Assembly (NCBI RefSeq): GCF_000002075.1
Contig: NW_004797413.1
Coordinates: 953,455 to 1,016,548 of the forward strand
DNA from: Aplysia californica
Lineage: Eukaryota
DNA length: 63,094 nucleotides
Reading direction: 5' to 3'
Below the pieces are notes generated by a model. It saw only the letters and a list, made by a program, of their open reading frames with translations. It did not search any database and had not been told where the DNA came from. A program made the position numbers and the translations under genes. Of this stretch, positions 36,340-48,700 are shown piece by piece (position 1 is the stretch's first letter; every line of letters begins with the position of its first letter).

Positions 36340-39300
36340 GGGAGTGCTTATTTAGGCCACATATGGCCTAAATAAGGTAAGGGAGGGGGGTTTAGCTTAT
36401 TTAGGCCACAGTGGACTGTGGCCTAAATAAGGTAAGGGAGGGGGGTTTAGCTTATTTAGGCCACACATGCTCAAACTACCCTTTTCAGGCAACTGAGTTC
36501 GTTCCACTTTCATAATAATGGTGCACCTTTCTCATTTAGTACAGTTTTGTCTCAGTGTACAACTTATAAATCATAATCATAATGAATATTGTAAGAACAA
36601 AGCACAATACGCAAAATTTTGCTCAATCCCAATGGTTTGAATGAGGGCCAGATTTTTCCTTCATGGAGGGGCAAAAGCTAGGCTACCATTTTGGCACACT
36701 TTGGTCAAGTGAAAAGGTCAAATCCTCCGAATGGACTTCCGGGTTAAATTTGGAGTATAAAAAGAGTGTACACTACGTGGCTGAGTCAAAGTTACACTAT
36801 CTTTGCCTGAGTGACACTCTCTCGTACTGTCTCGTAGTAGTACATGTAGGCTAGTAGGCCTAGTAGTAGTAGTAGCAAAGATCGTGTAGAGAATATTTGG
36901 TAGTAGATTCTATCTAGTAGGCAGTTTAGTGAACGTGCTCGCGGCAGGGCGAATCGGCCTCGATAAGCCCCGTAGACTTTTGTGATCGGCCACGAAGCCT
37001 CGTGTTTTGATGGGTCTAGATCTAAACAACTCAGTGTTATTCGCACTGCCACATCCGACAGGCCTAGATCTACATCGTTTTAAAAGGAAAAGAAAGATCA
37101 TCAAAATGGTTGAATTCGCGTGAAAATCGATTCGGTAGAACTAGAACTATTAAAATTTGCTTCTGAAAACAAGGCAATTTTTATACGAAGGCCATTTTTA
37201 TAACTCGATGAAATAAAAACTACTGGCTGTGTACTGTGTTATTCTGTATAAAAATAAATTAAGAAACTTCAGGACGTATTATTATTTTCCAGCATCTTTT
37301 GACGCCTGAGCTGTAGAGGTTGAAGTTTTCACAACACTAATAGATCTAGTAAGAGGGTTAGGTAATAGGGCTTTCCGTAAAAAATGCATAGATCTACAAA
37401 AGCCGAACCACCGAATCGACCGGGCACCTTGCTCTCCTCTGCACACTGTGATAACGTGTTGCTGCGGTATCGCATTATTCAACTATTAATACGTGCGGCT
37501 ATGGCAATTGTGATGTACTGACTGAAAAAAAAATTCAGTTTTGTTTTTATTTTACCATATATTTGACTTTAATAGTGCAGGCGATAGCAAGATCTAGATT
37601 CTCTGTCTAGAATCAGTAGTAGCAGGCTTATGCTAGAAGCAGCCAGAGAGCCTACAACTGCTAGATCTAGATCTAACTTATTATTGCTATGCCTTTGGGC
37701 TTTGGAATTGAAATAAAACGAATTGCACAGTTCTAGTTACTTTTAGATTCAGCAAGTAACTGTATTTCCAGAGTCAATAATAACAAATCTCAGCATAACA
37801 ATCACTTTTACTTGTATTAGAATAATTAGATCCAACTTTTTTTTCTAAAATCTGTTTTGCGCAAACTTAATATTTTCTCTACTTGTAGAGCACAGAATTT
37901 ACATTGTAAGCCTCTGCTCAGTNNNNNNNNNNNNNNNNNNNNNNNNNNNNNNNNNNNNNNNNNNNNNNNNNNNNNNNNNNNNNNNNNNNNNNNNNNNNNN
38001 NNNNNNNNNNNNNNNNNNNNNNNNNNNNNNNNNNNNNNNNNNNNNNNNNNNNNNNNNNNNNNNNNNNNNNNNNNNNNNNNNNNNNNNNNNNNNNNNNNNN
38101 NNNNNNNNNNNNNNNNNNNNNNNNNNNNNNNNGTTTTCGGGATATTTTTAAAACTCTTTTTTCAACATGTCATAAAATCAAATTGTGCCATTTTCTTTGA
38201 AAAGAATAGCATTAGCAGTGGACTTTTTAGACAGCGAGTCTCTGATTCAATATTTTTTTTAAAATATGCTAATCAATGAAAATTGCAAATTGATAATAGT
38301 TTAGTCCTGTAGAGGATAGGTGGACTCTGGGGTCTGCAGAGCGAAATACTAGGTTTTAGGATGTGAACACCGGAGTCACCATAGTGAAATAAGGTTTGGT
38401 TTAAGTAAGGATTGGTGGACCCCGGGGTCAACGTAGTGATAAATAAGCAGGTTTAAGGAGGACCCCAGGATCTACCTAGCGAAATACTAGGTTTTAGGAC
38501 AGGTGGACCCCAGGGTCACCGTAGTGAAACAAGTAGGTTTCTTTGAAGATTGGTGGACCCCGGGGTCAGCGTAGTGAAATAAGTAAGGTTAATTTTAAAA
38601 GGATTGGTGGACCCCGGAGTCACCATAGCCGTAGAGGAATAAGAAGGTTTATTTAAGGATTGGTGGACCCCCGGGACACCTTGATTAAACCTACTTATTT
38701 TACTACGGTGACCGCAGGTTCCACCTATTCTAAAAGCCTAACTAGTATTTCGTTAGGTAGACCCTGGGGTCCACCTTAAACCTACTTATTTCACTACGTT
38801 GACTCCAGGGTCCACCAATCCTTAAAATTAAACCTAGATCTACATGTACTTATTTCACTACATTGACTATTGACCCCAGGGTCCACCAATCCTTAATTAA
38901 ACCTAGATCTACTTATAATTTCGCTACGTTGACCACGGGCTCCGCCAGTCCTACTATAAAATAAACTGAGATTTACTTATTTCACTATGTTGACCCCGGG
39001 GTCCACCGATCCTTAGTTAAACCTAGATCTACTACTTATTTCACTACGCTGACTCCGGGATTCACATCCTAAAACCTAGCATTTTGTTAGGTAGACCCCG
39101 GGGTCCACCTATCCTTTTGGCTAGATAGACCCCGTAGTCCGCCTATCCACTTTTTTAAAATAATAACTGAAAACAATACATGCCAGTTGTCATGAATAGT
39201 GAAGAAAAATGACAATGAGGTAGATTATAATTTGTCAAAAAAATTGCAAGTGCAAGTGAAGATCATACAATAATTTTGTTGTTTTCTGATCATCTTTCCC

Positions 39301-39730
39301 GGTTTATAAAAAAATTCCAGTGGGCCTACTACTAGATCTATGTCTCTGAAGAACATTTTGCTTGCCTATATTAGCTTTTTTCATGTACATGAAAGCATAG
39401 AATATATAGTTTCACACATATATATGCACAATACTTTGAAAAAGAAAGATAAGGTCATTGTTGTTTTATTTTTTTACGGAATCTGTTTTACGTTGAGAAA
39501 AGCGGTAAAAACAAGTTTTAAAATTTTAAGAATGCCCATAATATTAGTATTAGGAATCCGAAATTACTACCTAGTTGGCTTACTCTTTAATAACCCTGAG
39601 CAGTTAAGAAAAAAAAGACAATGATATAGGATTTGTCTAAATATGACCATTATGACAGGTGTGGCCTAAATAAGGTAAGGGAGGGGGGTTTAGCTTATTT
39701 AGGCCATATGTGGCCTAAATAAGGTCACCC
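36340..39730. mobile_element. Non-autonomous Mutator-like (MULE) element with an internal foldback satellite
   Basis: 9-bp TSD TAAAATAAA at 36331-36339 and 39731-39739; G-terminal TIRs GGG....CTTATTTAGGCCACATATGGCCTAAATAAG; no transposase ORF seen. Confidence 0.8.
38312..39150. repeat. Inverted (foldback) array of ~50-bp units
   Basis: GGATTGGTGGACCCCGGGGTCAACGTAGTGAAATAAGTAGGTTT-like units run to ~38680, then their reverse complements run to ~39150. Confidence 0.9.
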
Positions 39731-41544
39731 TAAAATAAATTTGTTGAGAAAATAAAAAACTAGTCTTAAGTTTTGCACAGCACAGCAGAAGTCAGCAGCT
39801 GAAACAGCTCACTGTACAAAACTGTACGGTACTAAAATTCTAAAAGATGAATTACATCAAAACAAAAGAACAACCATGAAACTAAACTACAGCCTGACTG
39901 GAAATGAAATTGTCATGAGCAAAGTAAAGATTTTATAATTTTGAGACATTTCTATCGTCACGTTAAAACACTGAGATGCATGCACTACTACTGGCCTCAT
40001 CAATGGTACACATCTTTAATTCTGCATTTGACGAAATTGTGTTTTTAAAAAATCATGAAAATATGGACAAAGTAAATAGTATTTTGTTTCTCTTGAGAAA
40101 ACACACGTTTTGAATGAAAACAGAGCAGGACCACAGTTACAGCTCTCTTACAATAATCTACTCTCTCTCTCTCACGACTGACACACACCTTGCCGACTCA
40201 CACAAGAGCACAAGAGGAATGATACTCCATGACAGTTTACACAGTGAGAGCACACATCACATACACAAGTACACCAACAACTTTAATTAATAACTCTTTT
40301 TTTCTTCTGTATTTGTTTTGAATTTCATCATCATCATCATGATAACCATCATAATAATAACACATGATAATAGGTCATGGCATAAAATATATTGAGTCCA
40401 CGAGAACAAGGGGAATAGTCACAAACTGAAAATTGTGAGGGCATCAATTTTGAACGCTTGCTGATCATTGTATTTCTATTCAACTGTTGGTTGATTATTG
40501 TTGTTTGATTTTCCATTCAACAAACATAACAATAAACCACCAGTCAAACAAATATGAGTCCACAAGCTTTTAAAATTGACACCTTCACAATTTCCAGTTA
40601 GCGACTGCCCGTGGTCTCCTCATATGTCCGCAAATAAATTCTCACAAAACGGTAAGTCATCTGCATGGCAAAGCACAAATGGGACATTTTATCAAGAGAA
40701 ACAGCGACGTGGATATTGCTGATGCAGAACATCACTGCACGGTATGAAACCACCTCCCTCACTTACCATTTCCCAGATTTGAACCGACAGTGAACAGAGG
40801 CTCTTTGGGAAAAGACAATGGTCAAAGTTCGAAGGATAAAGATCGGCCAAACCATGCCCTACCTTTAGGAGTTTCTATAAGACAAAAAATAATACACATA
40901 CAGATGTCAGCTATCAAAAGTAGCCTCACATTTTGTGCAAAGATATCAATATCGTGAGAGAGTGAAACGTGTCAAACAAAAGCAGTCCTTGAGACAGGCG
41001 AGAACTATAAATAACTACCTGAAAACTTGACAAAATTATAATATGGTACAACAGAACACACCCACTGCCTGCCAATAGCAGAGACCTGGGCTCACACTGA
41101 GAGTCATGTATTCCAAAAGTTACACAAGTTTCCTTTTAATTAAGCAATGAGTTCATCAAGTGAGAGAATTCAGAGATTTTTATATTTCATCAAATCGTTC
41201 TTTTATATTAAGCAATGAGTTCACCCAGGGTGGGAATTCAGAGATTTTTATATTTCATCAAATCGTTCTTTTAGGCATGAGTTCACCCAGTAGGGGAGTT
41301 CAGAAATTTTTCAGCGATGTCAGTGCAGCAGTAGAGAGCAAAAGACAGATGCCAGGATGCCCTGTTCCTGAAAGCCTCCACCAAAGAGCACAACCCCAAA
41401 AAGAATGTTCGTTCACAAGATCAGATCGGAAACATTTCTCACTATTGAGATAATCAAATGACTTAGGATTACAGAAGAGACTAACACAACGCTAATGGTA
41501 TAAATTATTAAATAGTAATACACTTGTAAATAAAAATGTCTTTA

Positions 41545-41757
41545 TTAAAATGTAGGTGTTTTTACGCCCATATCAACACAATTTAGAAAATTTAAGAGCT
41601 GGGCTCTGACCCTGCCTGTCAAGGCCAACCTGGGCTGAAAGGGATACAACATCCCAGCAGAAAGACCGAGCTAATAAAAACTCTCCACACTTGAGAATTG
41701 AACCCATGTCACCTGCATACAATGACGAAGAGCCTAATAGCTACACCACAACCATCC
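41545..41757 (-). mobile_element. tRNA-derived SINE family E copy
   Basis: Minus strand GGATGGTTGTGGTGTAGCTATTAGG...GGGTTCAATTCTC head; body and tail shared with 2161-2350. Confidence 0.75.
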
Positions 41758-42752
41758 TAATAGACTTGTATTACAAAAACAACTAACGCAACACTAATAC
41801 TAACAAGAACGCAATCAGAAAAAAAAGTCTTTTGTAGATGCTTCCAAAGTAATACCATGCCATGCCTTTTAAAAATCTTTCCTTATGTTATTTAGCCACA
41901 GATATAAAGCCAGTAGGATCATCATCTTGGCACACAGAGCAATGAAAGAACCAGCCAAAACCAAACCAGACATACGCATCACCAACAAATCAATACAAGC
42001 TCCCTTTTTTCTCAGACTCACTACAGCTTTTATTCCACTCATATTTCTTTAAATGAATGCATANNNNNNNNNNNNNNNNNNNNNNNNNNNNNNNNNNNNN
42101 NNNNNNNNNNNNNNNNNNNNNNNNNNNNNNNNNNNNNNNNNNNNNNNNNNNNNNNNNNNNNNNNNNNNNNNNNNNNNNNNNNNNNNNNNNNNTGTGCACG
42201 CCTGTATATGAGCATGTGTGCAAGAGTCTGAGTTTGAGAAACCTATGATAGAGTCAAGTGTAACATAAAAAAAACAGAATTTTAATAATGAAGCATCCCA
42301 GACCACTATGATTCGATGAACATTGTATCAATAAATATAACTTAATCTCCTTGTCCTTATCTTGAGTGTTGCCTTCTCCCACATACATGTCAAAAATCCT
42401 TTATAAAAAACTCAGCGTAGAACCGTACCAATCTTACCCGATACCCGACATTTTTAAAAAGCATGTTTAAGAGCATTCAAAGTAGCCAGATGGATTCTGA
42501 AAAAGTTCTTCGAAATAAAAAGGAAAGCATCAGTAGAAAAAGAGAAAGAAATCTGGAGACCTACATCTCTCACGTGTTTCTTTTTCATCTGCTGACACAA
42601 CAAGTAGAAGCCATTAGAAAAAGATGTTCATGGAAGAACAAATGAAGAGATCCATGGAAAAACACATTATATCCACTTACTACAAAACTAACAAAAGATG
42701 TTTAAAATATTATTTTTAAAACTTTACCTCTGAAAACAAAAGTATGAATACA

Positions 42753-44235
42753 CAGGGTCCCCACCAAATCCTGGAAAATTTTTTCACGACCCCCAAATTT
42801 TTTTCAAGACCCCAATTCGAGGGAAAAATCAGGCCGCTGCGCGTCAAGAATGATCCCCAAAAAAGCCAATCTATCAAAGATAAAAAGTCAAAATGTCTAT
42901 AAATGAATGCAAATGTACATTTTGTAGTATAGTCTTCAAACAATAGATGACTATAATACTGGGTGACTGCCAAACCAGCTTCTCAATTTTCCAAGGGAGG
43001 GGCCTCATCCATTTTCCAGGAACACGTTACATAACAATGAAAGCGTGTGCTCCATTTATATCTAATATAATACATGTATATGTTTGTGAATACACACACA
43101 CACACACACATGTAGGTACATTATATCCAGTTAACAACATGTCAGTGTGGCACTGGGATCTTGAGAGACTTTGGTATTTCAGTCTGTTCTTACTTATTTA
43201 TATTTTCCCATCATCATATTAGCCAACATAACAAACTATAGGCCCTATATAAAAAAAAAATGAATCCTGTTTTGAGCCTGAAAAAAGACCTAGAACTAGA
43301 AAATCGACTGTCAATAACCAGTCTGGGTGTCACGATTCATATAATAAACGTGAAGACGAAAATCGTTGCTGCAACTCAAAGTAGAGTAATAACTAGAATG
43401 GCTCAAGTACACCTATTCAGTGTGAGAGGTGTAAGAATTGGGGGGGGGGGGGGGGGGGGGGCGTGCAAGATGCAGTGACACTGAAAATCTGCCAATCCTG
43501 AACAGAAAGCTAATAAAATATAGATATAAATTACAATCACCCCATCCAATGAAACGCGAACACTTTAGTTCAATAACAAGGCATGACAGATCCTGATTCC
43601 ACACAAGGCCTGCACCAACGCGCGCTTTGCAGAGAGCTCTAAAGTAGTGATCAAAATGCTAAAAATTTGCTTACAAGTTCAGTTTTTGTCCTCTAGCGTT
43701 GCCTTCAGCTCCCCCCCCCCCCCCAAATCCCCTTCCACGAGTGTATCTTATAAAGGAGTCCTAGGGCTTATACTTCACAGCGCTCAGACCACCGGTACTC
43801 ACAGGTTCATTGACCGGTCACGAGGGCGAACCTGTCAAGACGCTTGTATAACTTCTTTTTCTTTTTTTTTTCCACAAGCGACAGCAGAGGGCAATTTTTA
43901 ATATTGATTTATTTTCAAGGCGACACAGCGTTCATAATGCACAACCTGCATGTTACAAATGTTGCGTTATCTATCAGACTATTACCGGAAAATTTCTGGG
44001 CGGTAACGAAAGCAGATCTTGATTCTTCGCGATCGAGCCTCGGTGTCACACATACTTCCGTCACAACGGATGTTTCAATTACGTTTCCTCTTTAAGACTC
44101 ATCAACCATAAAGTCTAGATAGCTGCACATTACACAGGCCCTATACTTTCCCGACTCACCACAAAATTCCCGACTTTTTCTCGACCTCCCGACCCATCTC
44201 AAAATTCCCGATTTCCCGACCCTGTGGGGACCCTG
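42753..44235. mobile_element. Non-autonomous DNA transposon, CAGGG termini, 7-bp TSD (hAT-subgroup- or P-like)
   Basis: TIR CAGGGTCCCCAC / GTGGGGACCCTG; GAATACA at 42746-42752 and 44236-44242; clustered TCCCGA subterminal repeats at 44149-44220. Confidence 0.8.
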
Positions 44236-45791
44236 GAATACACAGCAAATTTCATCATGTTAGATGTCAAGGGATAAAATGAATTTTGAGAAAAAAAAGT
44301 ATTCTTATGACATGTCTTATCGTATGATACTGGTGTGGATGGGGATTTCCAGAAAAGCCCAAATTTGGCGTACAGTGTGGTTTGCAATGGAACCCTTACA
44401 ATTTCACTGGAATATTTTTTTTAAAAACAACAAAACAAAGAAGACATACATAAAAAAATCTCTACATTTCCTTACAAATGCAATTCTACACATAAAACAA
44501 TCCCAACCACAGCAATAATGTAAACAGTACGTAGAAATATGTCAACATAAAATCTTTTTTAAGTTTTATGAATCAATTTTTTGATCCAATGAATATTTCT
44601 ACTTCAAAAGTAGTATGACAACTTAAGAACAAAAAAACACTGGCTTATTTGACATCCATAAATCATTACCTTATGAGAAATATAAACGGTACAAAAGAAA
44701 TCCGAAATGCACGCAGACGCTATGAGCATGGCTTTTAACTCAATATAATTTCTCTCCCAATCACTATAAAAAGAAAGCACAAAAGTCCCACAGGATCGTC
44801 AGAATTTCACATTATAAGTTGAAATTCCGTGCAGCTGAGAAAAACAATTCTATATCATCCAGAAATTGAACCTCAGCGGACCATCATACCAAAAGATAAA
44901 AATTATCTTGGTACATGTGCCCTGATTTAGGAAATATAAAAAAAATTACAGAGCAAGCCTATGCAATGTAAGACTTTCGCAGAACTGGACACTCTAGAGG
45001 TGAGTGGAGCATACCATCTGCAGGAATACTTGTTAAAAACCTACAGTCTTTTCTTACAGGTATGACCCCTAACCCCTTTCTACATATACAAAAATTAAAC
45101 ACAAAAGTTGAAATTCTGAAGTTATTCTAATTCTTCGCAGTAACAATCTGAAGAGCTTAAACAAGCACAGCTGATGCATTCGCATTTGTGCTACCGTTCA
45201 TCAAGGTAAATAACCAAAGAGACAGTAGTAAGAAGGAGTGACATTGTAAAGAAAAAGATCATAAAGGAGGCAAAGGAAAATGATTGGGGGAAGAAAAACC
45301 TAAAATGAAAAACCAGACATTGTATATTTGCACTTTAAGCACATTTTTAAAATCCTCAACAAATCATTTAACACTTTTTAATGAACTGCTTATTTTACGT
45401 GAACAAGCATCAACTTCCTTACATGGGAAAATTCTTAGATTTCTGTAAATCGTAATACAATTTCAAGGCTTGAGTCCGCATCACCCAATGAGCGTACTAT
45501 CCCACTAAAATCGTCATTTCGTCCACGTACACGTACACAAATTTATAAAAGGATTGACTACAAAACGTCTTTGGTGAAAATTTTATGACGCAAAAGAAAC
45601 AAACACCTCAAAAACAAACCAATTCAACATTACTACAACAGGCTGAATCTTGAGATTTCCCGAGGCATGGCAGTCAACAGTATCGCATTATATATATAAA
45701 AATGCAGTAATAACATTTCACACCTCGCCGCAAGCGCAAACAAACATAACAAGCAAAGAATGTTATCTTTTTTAATTCAGTAAATATCACA

Positions 45792-48700
45792 TCAGTGTTT
45801 GTGGCCCATGGCTAAAACTACCGGAAGCAAAGAGCCTACAACTAGAGCGGCCAGCTCCGATTTTTTAAAACCTTTCTGTTCCCGTACGATAACGGTGCCG
45901 TCTGGCGCCTTGTGTTGCGTGTGGCTGGTGGAGATCTCCGGCAACACGTGCACCGTGGCCACGTACAGGAAGGTGCCTGCGCTGAACAGCATGGCAATCC
46001 CAGTGGTGTGCATGTCCGACAGCGTCTCTTTGTTTTGCTGGAGGAGAAAATGTACACGGTGAAATAAATGTGACGCATTGTTGGAGCTTAAAGTTCAGCA
46101 TGAAATAGATGCGTGAGGATGTAGGTCAAAGTTCAACACGAAATAGATGCCTGAGGATGTAGGTCAAGGTTCAACATGACATAGACGAGTGGGAATGTAG
46201 GTCAAAGTTCAACATGAAATAGACGAGTGAGTATGTGAGTCAAAATTCAATATGAAATAGATGAGTATGGATGTAGGTCAAAGTTCAACACGAGATAGAT
46301 GCTGGACCAAATCTATGAAAGTAAAAAAGTAAATTAGTGTATGGGTTTAACTCCCCGATCAACATGTTAATGTTAATTAAGAGGCAGGACCTCCGAATTT
46401 AACGTTTGTCTCTGACAGGACCCAGCCAAATGGGTAAACAGCCTTGAAAACTCCACAAAAAGACCCAAGTGACATTTTCACAATTTAATAAACACAGTAA
46501 ACGCTTTTTGTAGAGGAGAAAAAGAAAGAAACAACTGTAAAAACTTGACGCGTGAACATTCCCCTAACACCAAACGTACCTGACTGAGACTCAGATATGT
46601 GATGATGGCCAACAATGGAGCGGATGCGGAGAACACAGCCAAATGTTTTCGTATCCTCGCCCGGTCAAGACCTTCGTGGAGCAAAAAGGAAACGAGACCA
46701 AAAGCAGCTGGAGCCTGTGGAGGGAAGACCCGTGGAACTATAAAAAAAAAAAACATCTTTCACAGAAATAGAAAAAGAGAAATCACTTTAATTCAAGACC
46801 AAAATGATTTGAACTTTAAAAAAAGAAAGAAAGAAAGAAAGAAAGAAGGAAAGAAAGAAGGAAGGAAAGAAAGAAAGAATTATCATAATTCTACCCATAT
46901 TCACTGTTACCAACTGTAGAGAATAAGTTTTTACTGACACTGAAATCAGCTAAATGCACAACTTGAATACAATCTTGAAGAGCCGAAACAAATTCTAAGA
47001 AAAATCCTTTCAAGTCAAAATAATCTTAAACACCCAAAGAAAATATATCGCTTGACTCAAGAATCAAGACTGCAATCAATAGTCAGAAAACCAGGGTCTT
47101 GCAGCAAGCCAAACCATTAAGACCTGGTCTAAAATCAATGAAAAGTTGGCACACTCAACTGTGGACTTTTAGAAATTTCAAATTCTTGTGTAGTCTTACG
47201 AAAAAAAACCCCACCACATTTGACTGGACTCGATATGTCATTAGATAGTTAATTCTAACCATAAACCAGCACACTTGCCTTATGTAACATGATAGCAGCA
47301 AAAACAATCATGGTGATGTGATTCTCTGACAAAGTAATTGCAGCACCCAGGGCAATGCCATCAGCTGAAACAGAAAGCTCAGAGTCAAAAATTCTTTCTG
47401 GATAACCTAAACACAGTCTAACCCTATTCTAACGACCACCTACCAGAGACAATCCCCTGTACAAATGACCGCTTCCCACTTCATCCTTTTCGGGTTTTTT
47501 CTATAAATATTCAAATGACACTGCCCAAGAGGACCACAATTCTCCTCAACAAAGGGTGCTTGTCTTGGACAAGTTCGACTGTATACTTATTCCTTCTTTA
47601 TAAATTCACAAGAGTCCACCAACGTTCATGTCATGCAAAACGCCAGTAGATTAATGAGGTGTAAAAACTTGAAAAAGACAGGGTTGTCTTGCTTGTTCTC
47701 AAGCATTTTCCAACACAATGATGTGGTGAAATAAAAAACTTCGCCCAACCCCAAGGGCTATTTGTTAGAGACACTCAGAGGGTAAAAAAAAAAAGTAATA
47801 AATTACGACAAACAACAATGTAACTGGGACAATATGATGCAGCCACAAAGCTCAGAAGTAAACCACTCACCAGCAGCATGCACCACCAGGCCCAGCGTGG
47901 CTGTAATTTTGTTACGGTTCTGGACAGTTCCCGTGGCCTCAGCGTCGTTGCTGACGGAGTGCGAGTGCATGTTGCCCCCAATCTGGTCAACGAGCAGCAT
48001 GAAGATGAACCCTGTGACGAGACTGATGCCGATCTTGGAGTGCTCCTCTCCCATGTCATGATGGTGGTCGCGGTGGAGATCTGCTGTCGCAGCATCATCG
48101 TTTCCCGCTAACGAACCGACCGCGTTCACTACCTCATTTTCTTTGTGTTCAATTTCCTTTAACTGATGGCTGTGCCCTTCATGGTCTGAAACAGAACGTT
48201 GGGAAAAAAAGTGTTGGTTATTTTCTCCAACGTTGAGAAGCAGTTTTTCGGCTTACAATTTGTTATTTTCACTAAAAGTCACATTATCATAAATGAAAGA
48301 AAAGCTAACAACAAAACCTCCATCATGACAAGATGGGATAATATGTTCTTCTTCCAAAGGAGCAGCCTTCTGAATGAGACGAAATTTTATTTTCTTGAAT
48401 ATCCAATACATATTTTTCACTTAACTTTTTGGACCTTGGGAAACATGTGGGTGGCACCTCAAAATTTACATATTTGTGAGGCAGTGTGGTGAAATCAGGT
48501 GCTCGTCAAAATTTTGAAATCCGAGAAATTTGCATTTTTCTGCCAGTTTGGACATTTTTTTGATTTTTTTTTTTTAAACTTTGATTTTTTTAAAAAGGCA
48601 CAAAAAAATGAATTTGCAGTTTCCAAGAAGTCACCAAACTTTGGCAGCCAATTTCTCGCTAATTTTACTTCTGAAACCAGGCGATCCCATCTCCTTCAAT

